Shown here one piece after another: positions 57,639-64,000 of a DNA stretch of 64,000 nucleotides. The notes under the pieces are model-generated. The model was given only the letters and a program-made list of their open reading frames with translations. It did no database searches and had not been told where the DNA came from. The first letter of the stretch is position 1; every line of letters starts with the position of its first letter. The translations under genes and the position numbers were made by a program. Source of the stretch: Myxococcota bacterium (GTDB lineage: Bacteria > Myxococcota_A > Polyangia > Polyangiales > Houyiibacteriaceae); contig JBCCEA010000015.1 in the NCBI GenBank assembly GCA_039030515.1, positions 1-64,000 of the forward strand, given 5' to 3'.

Positions 57639-58667
57639 ATGCAACCGATATGCTCGGCACGGAATACGAAGTCAGCCAGGCTTTTCAGAGCTCTACTTGC
57701 CGGAGCCCCGCTCATCAGTAGCCTCATCCTCGGTCATTCGGCTTGCGAAAACCCAAGCGCGACCACCAAGGACGAAACCGAAACCCCGTACGCTCATGGG
57801 CTCACCGCCGAGCAGGCGAACTCGGTCCTGGTCAAAATAGGTGAGCGTTCGATCACCCTTGGCGAATTCGCGGCTCGACTCGCAGACCAGTCTCCCTACT
57901 TGCAGGCGCGCTATCAAAGCCCGGAACGTCGCCGCGATTTCCTCGAGAACATGATTCGTTTCGAGCTGCTGGCGCTCGAAGCCGAGCGCAGGGGGATGAC
58001 CCAGCTACCCAGTGTCCAGCGGGCTCAGAAGCAGATGATGGTCGAGCAGATGATGATCGACCGATTCGAAAACCGCCTTGAACTATCGAACGTTGGCGAA
58101 GACGAAATTCGCGCGCACTACGAAGCACACGCGAGCGAATATCAGAAACCCGCTCAAGTTCGGGCTAGCCATATTCTTATTCGAGATCGGTCGGCCGCGA
58201 TGCGGACACTGAAGCAGCTCACCTCGGATCCCGACAATGCCGACCTTTTTTTAGAGCTCGCTCAGAAGCGGAACGAGGATTCGCGCACCAAGGAGCGTTT
58301 CGGAGACTTACGCTTCCTCTTCAAACCGGAAGATCAACCGGACGCGCCGCAGGCTGTAGCGGATGAGGTCATCGAGGCGGCATTTCGCATCGAAGAAATC
58401 GGCGGCATCTATCCCGAACTCGTGCAGAGTGCGGCAGGCTTTCACATCATCAAGCTGACGGGCCGTCGCGAGGCCCTGAGCCGGTCCCTCGAAGAGGTTC
58501 GTCGTCCGCTGCAGCATCGACTTTGGCGGGAGAAGAGAGAGAAAGCCGTCGAGAGCCTAGTCCAGCAACTCCGCGCCCAAGCACATATCGAAGTCGATGA
58601 GGAAGTCCTTGCCCAGATTCAGATCGTGGAAGACAGAGATTTGAAGGCAGAGCAAAGCGACCCGTGA
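57639..58667 (+). CDS. PpiC/parvulin-type peptidyl-prolyl isomerase (PrsA-like putative lipoprotein)
   Basis: HSAC lipobox-like motif, SurA-N-like helices, VRASHILI, GDL.F and GFHIIKL. Start uncertain (57603 or 57639). Confidence 0.9.
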   Translation: MQPICSARNTKSARLFRALLAGAPLISSLILGHSACENPSATTKDETETPYAHGLTAEQANSVLVKIGERSITLGEFAARLADQSPYLQARYQSPERRRDFLENMIRFELLALEAERRGMTQLPSVQRAQKQMMVEQMMIDRFENRLELSNVGEDEIRAHYEAHASEYQKPAQVRASHILIRDRSAAMRTLKQLTSDPDNADLFLELAQKRNEDSRTKERFGDLRFLFKPEDQPDAPQAVADEVIEAAFRIEEIGGIYPELVQSAAGFHIIKLTGRREALSRSLEEVRRPLQHRLWREKREKAVESLVQQLRAQAHIEVDEEVLAQIQIVEDRDLKAEQSDP

Positions 58668-59722
58668 ACAAGAACACCATCCACCACCCGGCAGTTCGGT
58701 CCCATAGAAGAACTGTCTTTCGAGCAGTCCGCGTCTTTCAACCAGCCCAGGTTGTGCTGCTCGTTCAGATGCTACAAATCGGAGGGATGGTTGGGGCACT
58801 CGCGCCTGCGAGTTCGGCTCGAGCGGATGTCGTCGAGCAAATCGTGGCGACGGTCAACGAAGACGCCATTTTTCTGAGTGAACTACGACGTCGGGCCTCA
58901 CCGTTTCTGCCTCAAGTGTACGCTGCAGAATCTCAAACCGAAGCGATGGCCCGCCTTGGGCAGCTCTACCGTGAGTTGCTGGAGCAACTGATCGACGAAG
59001 AGCTGATTCGGCAAGCCGCAACGAGGATGCAGGTGCGCGTTTCTAGCCAAGACCTCGAACGCGCCATCGCCAACGTTCAGGGACAGAGCGGGCTAAGCGA
59101 GGATCAGTTCTGGGAGGCGGTCACAGCTCAGGGGTTCACCCGGGCAGCCTACCGAATCGATCTCCGTCGCCAACTGCTGCGCCTCAAAGTACTCAACCAA
59201 CGGGTTCGCACGCGCGTCAACATCACGGAACGGGACGTGCGCCGAGAGTATGAGCAGCGGATGCGCCGGGCGAATCTGCAGCAGCGTGTTCGCGCCTCAC
59301 ATATCTTCTTGCCCTTGTCCGACGCGCCCACCGCAACCGAGGTGGCACAGCGAATGTCGGAAGCCATCGCGATACGCCAAGCGATCGACAGCATCGGGTT
59401 CGCTGCCGCGAAACAACAGTATGGCGGATACGAACTCGGCTGGCTCAACCAGGGCGACCTACCCGAGGCGCTAGAAGCTCCTCTAACGCTGCTCGGCGAC
59501 GGGCAGACAAGCGATCCGATCCGGGGCCCCTCCGGCGTTCATATTTTCTTTCTCCACGAGCGCGAAGACGGCGGATCCGACTTCCGTAGCTTTGAAGACG
59601 CCAAGGATCGAATCTATCGGGAAATGATGGATCAAGCGATGGGCGGTCAGGAGCAGCAGTTCCTAAACGAGCTGCGACGCGATGCTGTGGTGACCCGACG
59701 CTTGAGTCCAGCCACCGGTTAG
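58664..59722 (+). CDS. surA: SurA-like periplasmic chaperone/PPIase
   Basis: VVEQIVATVNEDAIFLSEL, LEQLIDEEL..Q.A, ASHIFL, ELGW and G.HIF. Confidence 0.88.
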   Translation: MNKNTIHHPAVRSHRRTVFRAVRVFQPAQVVLLVQMLQIGGMVGALAPASSARADVVEQIVATVNEDAIFLSELRRRASPFLPQVYAAESQTEAMARLGQLYRELLEQLIDEELIRQAATRMQVRVSSQDLERAIANVQGQSGLSEDQFWEAVTAQGFTRAAYRIDLRRQLLRLKVLNQRVRTRVNITERDVRREYEQRMRRANLQQRVRASHIFLPLSDAPTATEVAQRMSEAIAIRQAIDSIGFAAAKQQYGGYELGWLNQGDLPEALEAPLTLLGDGQTSDPIRGPSGVHIFFLHEREDGGSDFRSFEDAKDRIYREMMDQAMGGQEQQFLNELRRDAVVTRRLSPATG

Positions 59723-59754
59723 ACCCTCTCTAGAACGGTTAGACCCTTTCTAGA
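59716..59754. repeat. 20-bp tandem duplication cggttagaccct(c/t)tctaga, overlapping the surA stop
   Basis: 59716-59735 versus 59736-59754, one mismatch. Confidence 0.9.
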
Positions 59755-59826
59755 GACTGCGCGCGCATGCTAGAGCAACGAGGTCTGTATGCGTGTGCGG
59801 TCGAAAGCAAGGCGGAGTGAGCCAGC

Positions 59827-61800
59827 ATGATGGGCCCGCGAGAAGGGGCATGCCCCAACTGCGGGGGTCCTATCGAGTTTCGATTGGGCGCCTCGAAAGC
59901 GATCGTCTGTCCCTGGTGTCGACACAGTGTCGCTCGGACCGATCACAACTTCGAAGCTCGCGGAAAAGTTGCAGACCTTGTTCCGACCGCACCCGTGATG
60001 GCGGTAGGAGACCACGGCACAGTTTTGGGCAAACCGTTCGTGGTCCGGGGGCGTCTGCAGCTGGACCACGGTAAGGGGCCATGGGACGAATGGTACGTCG
60101 AACTACCTCAGAGCGGTGCATGGGGTTGGCTCGCAAAGGCGCAGGGAAACTTCTATTTGACGTCTCCGGTGGAAGCGAGCGGTGCGCCTCACTACGAGCA
60201 GATGAAGCCGGGAGCAGAGGGCACGCTGCCTGGCTCGGGTGAAGTTCGATGGACGGTTACCGAAAAGGGTCTGTCCCGACTGCTGAGTGCCGAAGGCGAG
60301 CTGCCTTTCCCGGCGCCCGTGGGGCAAACCACACGCTACGTCGATATCGTGGGCCCCGAACGTCGCTTTGGCACCATCGACTACGGCACCGAGCACAGCG
60401 GGGTCGCACAGCTCTATTTCGGCTACGAAGTCGACGCCTCCGAGCTGCGTGTTCAGGAGGGCTCAACGGGTGAGCGGGTCAAGGAGCACGTATCTCTCGG
60501 AACGCTTTCGTGCTCCAATTGCGGAGGACCTATCGAGATCCGAGTGCCCGATCAAACGGAGCGGGTCGTCTGCGGACACTGCCATGCCACGCTGGATTTT
60601 AAGAGCGGGACGCTGCGTCTCCTCGGACAGCTCCACCAAGACCTCGTCCATCCGGCGATCCCCCTCGGACGTCGCGGAACGCTGCAGGAGACGGACTTGC
60701 TCTGCATCGGATTCATGGAGCGTTGCACCTATGTTGAAGGATCATTCTACTCATGGCGAGAGTATCTCCTGTATTCCGATTCTGGATACCGATGGCTGCT
60801 GGAAGATTCGGGCCACTGGCTCTTCCTTGCCCCAACGCATGCCGCAGATATCGAATCAGTAGACAGTGGCGCTAGATATCAGAATCGCACCTACCGTAAG
60901 TTCTCCTCAACCGAAGCATCGGTGCGCTACGTGGTTGGCGAATTCTACTGGAAGGTGGAACAGGGTGAGTCCGCATTTACGACCGACTATATCGCTCCTC
61001 CTTACATTCTCAGTGAAGAACGTACCGTCAAGGAAATCGTCTGGTCTCACGGAACCTATCTAGAACCAGAAGAAGTCTACCGAGCATTTTCCATCGACGG
61101 AACGCCACTCAAACCGATTGGGGTCGCTCCATGCCAACCCAACCGCATCTCTCTACTCCCGGCGCTCATCACGGCAGCTCTGGGCACTGCAGGACTCGGA
61201 CTCATCAGCATCCTCCTTCACTCAATGTCCGGCCCGATGGTTCCTTTGGTCAAGGGAAGCATCGACATGCCTCAAGAGCCCGAGCAGGCGATGGTTTCGC
61301 GCGGCCTAAGAGGTTCTGCCACCACAACTGTAGAATCTGGCCCGAGCACGCTGGTCCATTTCACCGAGCCCTTTCGTCTTCCTGAAGGGTGTAACGGTAT
61401 TGAGGTCTCCCTTCAGTCGACCATGGGAAGCGGCTGGATTGGAGTCGCCTTCGCATTGATCCACAAGGAGACCGGAGCAAGGGTCGAATTTGCGATGGAG
61501 ATCGACCGGTTTCATGAATCCGGCGCAGATAGCGCCTTGCGACTCGCGGGACCCAAAGAATCGATAGGCCATCTTCAACCGGGCACCTATACCCTACGAC
61601 TCGATCCTAGGTGGGCCCGCAAGCCCAACGCGCCCCACGCCAAAACCGCTCCAAGCGTAGAGTTGACCCTTACGAGTCAAAGCCCGACTTCCGATACGTG
61701 CGCCTTTTGCTACGTGCTTATTCTTTTTCTGCCCCTTATCGGGGCCTACATGCGGCGCGCAAACTTCGAGACCCGCCGTTTTGAGAACTCAAATCTCTAA
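59827..61800 (+). CDS. Tandem DUF4178 protein with two Zn ribbons and a C-terminal TM-beta-TM module
   Basis: CPNC..CPWC, GRLQ..GPWDEWY..GWL..GELP, CSNC..CGHC, IPLG..WREYLLY..YRWL..GEFYW and terminal FE.RR..SN. Confidence 0.85.
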   Translation: MMGPREGACPNCGGPIEFRLGASKAIVCPWCRHSVARTDHNFEARGKVADLVPTAPVMAVGDHGTVLGKPFVVRGRLQLDHGKGPWDEWYVELPQSGAWGWLAKAQGNFYLTSPVEASGAPHYEQMKPGAEGTLPGSGEVRWTVTEKGLSRLLSAEGELPFPAPVGQTTRYVDIVGPERRFGTIDYGTEHSGVAQLYFGYEVDASELRVQEGSTGERVKEHVSLGTLSCSNCGGPIEIRVPDQTERVVCGHCHATLDFKSGTLRLLGQLHQDLVHPAIPLGRRGTLQETDLLCIGFMERCTYVEGSFYSWREYLLYSDSGYRWLLEDSGHWLFLAPTHAADIESVDSGARYQNRTYRKFSSTEASVRYVVGEFYWKVEQGESAFTTDYIAPPYILSEERTVKEIVWSHGTYLEPEEVYRAFSIDGTPLKPIGVAPCQPNRISLLPALITAALGTAGLGLISILLHSMSGPMVPLVKGSIDMPQEPEQAMVSRGLRGSATTTVESGPSTLVHFTEPFRLPEGCNGIEVSLQSTMGSGWIGVAFALIHKETGARVEFAMEIDRFHESGADSALRLAGPKESIGHLQPGTYTLRLDPRWARKPNAPHAKTAPSVELTLTSQSPTSDTCAFCYVLILFLPLIGAYMRRANFETRRFENSNL

Positions 61801-61842
61801 ATGAATCCCTACCCCCAACCGACGAACCCCTGAGGAGCTGCG

Positions 61843-62109
61843 ATGTTGCGATACGCCTTCTACCCGCTCTTTGGCCTCTCTGTGCTTGGAAGCTACGCAG
61901 TGATGAACGCGAGCGGTGCCGACATCACCTCGGTACGCACCACCAGGAGCAGCGTCCCGGCGACTTATGGCCGCGCAGAGGACTTCCAAGGCGCACCTTT
62001 GATTTGGCGTACGGGATTTCATGGACCGGGTTTGTATCGCACCGGGAGGTACCGCAGCACGAGCGGATACCGAGGAGGCTACTTTGGCGGCTTCGGCGGG
62101 GGAAAGTAG
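61843..62109 (+). CDS. Small membrane-anchored or exported peptide with a Gly/aromatic-rich tail ending GGFGGGK
   Basis: gaggag SD at 61832-61837, N-terminal hydrophobic helix, SVP motif and YRGGYFGGFGGGK*. Confidence 0.8.
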   Translation: MLRYAFYPLFGLSVLGSYAVMNASGADITSVRTTRSSVPATYGRAEDFQGAPLIWRTGFHGPGLYRTGRYRSTSGYRGGYFGGFGGGK

Positions 62110-62111
62110 GC

Positions 62112-62909
62112 TTGGAGCCCGCTTCGTCAGCCGAAACCTTATCAGCACCTGGATACTTGCGGTTCATCTGGATGTGCGCCGCTGTTCTACTGGGCGTGCT
62201 TTCCCTACTCAACTACGCCGCATCGCCTTCGACATCCGGGGGTTCCGCGACACGGGAAGAGACATCTTCCAGACAGTTGCTCGTAGCGCTTCGCTGGCCC
62301 GAACATCCACATCAAACAGATGCAGCATCCAAGTCCAGCGACTCGATGTATTCGTATGACAACCTCGGAAGCTCACCGACTGACGAACGAATTTCCTCAA
62401 GGTTCAGACTGGAATCACCCAGTGTTGTCGAGCTGGAGTTGGACTCGACTTCGATCGGAACGGGAACGCAGTTCGACTGGGAACTGATCCACTGCAGTCT
62501 TATTCCGGACCTTCGAGAGAACGTAGGCGTCCAATCTAACGCGGGCGAAGAAACCAGAATCGACTTCACCATCAACTTAGACGGTACCTACTTAGAGGGT
62601 GAAGATATACGCCGGGTGCGCGTCGACCGCGTACCAGCCGGCAGCTATTCACTCAGACTGACGCCGCGCTCCTCTATGCCCGCGATCGAGTCCGATGATG
62701 GCAGCCCAAGTAGGCGCGAAGGGAAGCCTCCGACAGCGCGCCTGTTCAGAGTGCAGGCTTCAGACTGGAACTTCTGGATCGCAGCCGGGGTGCTTCTCAT
62801 CCCGGTGATGATCGCATCCGTTCGCGAAGCATCAAAACTCCTGAAAAACCACTCCACACTTCCGCAGGGCGACTGCGGAACAGCCGAAGGACATTCCGAT
62901 GAACCTTGA
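62112..62909 (+). CDS. Hypothetical 2-TM protein resembling the C-terminal module of the DUF4178 protein
   Basis: TM...FRLESPSVVELELDST...RVPAGSYSLRLTPR...TM. Start TTG 62112 or ATG 62172. Confidence 0.7.
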   Translation: MEPASSAETLSAPGYLRFIWMCAAVLLGVLSLLNYAASPSTSGGSATREETSSRQLLVALRWPEHPHQTDAASKSSDSMYSYDNLGSSPTDERISSRFRLESPSVVELELDSTSIGTGTQFDWELIHCSLIPDLRENVGVQSNAGEETRIDFTINLDGTYLEGEDIRRVRVDRVPAGSYSLRLTPRSSMPAIESDDGSPSRREGKPPTARLFRVQASDWNFWIAAGVLLIPVMIASVREASKLLKNHSTLPQGDCGTAEGHSDEP

Positions 62910-63123
62910 TTGGTCCCGCTTGCTCGGAGCACTGATAGAAACCACTTTGTTCAGTGCCCTGGGCATCATCTTTTTCGCCATCGCCTTTTTTGCGATCACC
63001 ACGATCACGCCTTTTTCGATTCGCAAGGAGATCGAAGAAGATCAAAACACCGCCCTTGGGATCGTCATCGGCTCAGTGTTCATAGGGGTGGCCCTCATCA
63101 TCGCAGCAGTCCTTGGAAACTGA
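62899..63123 (+). CDS. DUF350 family small membrane protein
   Basis: FS.LG...ITPFSIRKEIEEDQNTALGIVIGS..IG.A.IIAA. Confidence 0.9.
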   Translation: MNLDWSRLLGALIETTLFSALGIIFFAIAFFAITTITPFSIRKEIEEDQNTALGIVIGSVFIGVALIIAAVLGN

Positions 63124-64000
63124 CCCGGCAAGCACGCCAAACCTGGGCGAGAAGAGACGCGGTGCCCTGAACGTCAAAGCGGCGCTGCTGCTGCTTTCGG
63201 TCCTGGTGGTGGCTACCTCCGGCCTCGTGTACGAACTGCTCATCGGAACTTTGGCGAGCTATGTTCTCGGAGATTCGGTCACCCAGTTTTCTACCACCAT
63301 CGGCACGTACCTATTCGCCATGGGGATCGGTTCCTATCTTTCGAAATTCGTCGATCGTTCGGTCGCCGCACGGTTCGTCGAAATAGAACTTGCCGCAGCG
63401 ATCGCTGGAGGATTTGCAGCCCCAACGCTCTTTATCGCGTACGCCTACAGCACCCATTTTTCGTTGGTGCTTTACGGGCTGCTGATCTTGATCGGGACGC
63501 TGGTAGGGCTCGAGATTCCCCTCCTTATGCGCATACTGAGGGAAGAACTACGCTTCGAAGAGCTCGTCGCGCAGGTGCTCACCGTCGACTATATCGGCGC
63601 GCTCATCGGCTCTTTGCTCTTCGCTATGGTGCTCGTGCCCCACTTTGGCTTGAATCGTACTTCGATGGCGTTTGGCCTCCTAAACTGCGCAGTGGCGATG
63701 ATGAGCACTTGGGCACTGAGGCATCTGCTAACCAGGAAGCAGCGGATTCATCTACGGATCCGCGGGCTCATAGTCGCTGGCTGCTTGAGCGCCGGTCTCT
63801 GGAACGCACACCATCTCACTGCATTTGCGGAGCAGTCGATCTACGCAGACCCAATCGTGTTCGCAAAGCAAACGCCGTTTCAGCGAATCGTACTGACTCA
63901 GAACCCGCGGAGCGTGCAGCTGTTCCTGAACGGCAATCTGCAGTTCAGCTCTCGAGATGAATATCGATATCACGAGGCGCTGGTCCATCCCGCATTCAGC
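63113..64000 (+). CDS. speE: Membrane-bound polyamine aminopropyltransferase (spermidine synthase-like), truncated by the window edge
   Basis: Open frame to the end of the window: SVLVVATSGLVYELL.GTLASYVLGDSVTQFS, LVGLEIPLLMRIL, DYIGAL.GSL.F, QTPFQRIV and LFLNGNLQFSSRDEYRYHEALVHP. Absent from the ORF track because no stop falls in the window. Start TTG 63113 is uncertain. Confidence 0.92.
   Translation, partial: METDPASTPNLGEKRRGALNVKAALLLLSVLVVATSGLVYELLIGTLASYVLGDSVTQFSTTIGTYLFAMGIGSYLSKFVDRSVAARFVEIELAAAIAGGFAAPTLFIAYAYSTHFSLVLYGLLILIGTLVGLEIPLLMRILREELRFEELVAQVLTVDYIGALIGSLLFAMVLVPHFGLNRTSMAFGLLNCAVAMMSTWALRHLLTRKQRIHLRIRGLIVAGCLSAGLWNAHHLTAFAEQSIYADPIVFAKQTPFQRIVLTQNPRSVQLFLNGNLQFSSRDEYRYHEALVHPAFS

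Noticed and set aside
62004..62111. 301-aa ORF start overlapping the GGGK peptide gene
   Set aside because: The peptide gene has a strong SD and a characteristic tail; the downstream gene more likely starts at 62112 or 62172.
1..64000. tRNA, rRNA, riboswitches (e.g. TPP near thiL), prophage or defence genes
   Set aside because: No recognisable signatures seen by eye in the intergenic regions; an Infernal/tRNAscan run would be needed to exclude them formally.

Overview
The window is a gene-dense, mostly housekeeping segment (roughly 55-60% GC by eye). Gene content suggests a Myxococcota bacterium, probably Polyangiales-like; this is an inference from the SofG/MglA GTPase, Ser/Thr kinase-TPR/PEGA-lipoprotein trio, split F0 operon next to hemL and CxxxY CcmE. 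From left to right: the 3' end of a GC-rich IS1182-like transposase abutting a 32-bp tandem array; a degenerate aldehyde dehydrogenase and a NUDIX-like/LACTB2 MBL hydrolase; greA-carB-tsaE; an M1 peptidase with a membrane protein; ftsA-ftsZ inverted and detached from the dcw cluster, with a headless CCA-type HD protein and a DUF2254-like protein in between; the dcw cluster mraZ-rsmH-ftsL-ftsI-murE-murF-mraY-murD-ftsW-murG-murC-ftsQ (no murB/ddl) with a promoter and MraZ-box-like repeats; a SofG-like GTPase coupled to a PocR-domain histidine kinase and thiL; a kinase/PEGA/lipoprotein trio; an ABHD18-like hydrolase-pyrB-pyrR; ccmE; atpE-atpB-atpI-atpZ-hemL; a MoxR-DUF58-Bat operon; a response regulator; two parvulin PPIases; and a DUF4178 / Gly-rich peptide / DUF350 / membrane spermidine-synthase-like operon that runs off the right edge. 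The best candidates for poorly described biology are that last operon (possible peptide or envelope aminopropylation system), the GTPase-PocR kinase pair, the ftsAZ inversion, two adjacent apparent pseudo-enzyme domains and the IS-associated hairpin array. No rRNA, tRNA or CRISPR array was seen. All family assignments come from motif recognition by eye, not from database searches.
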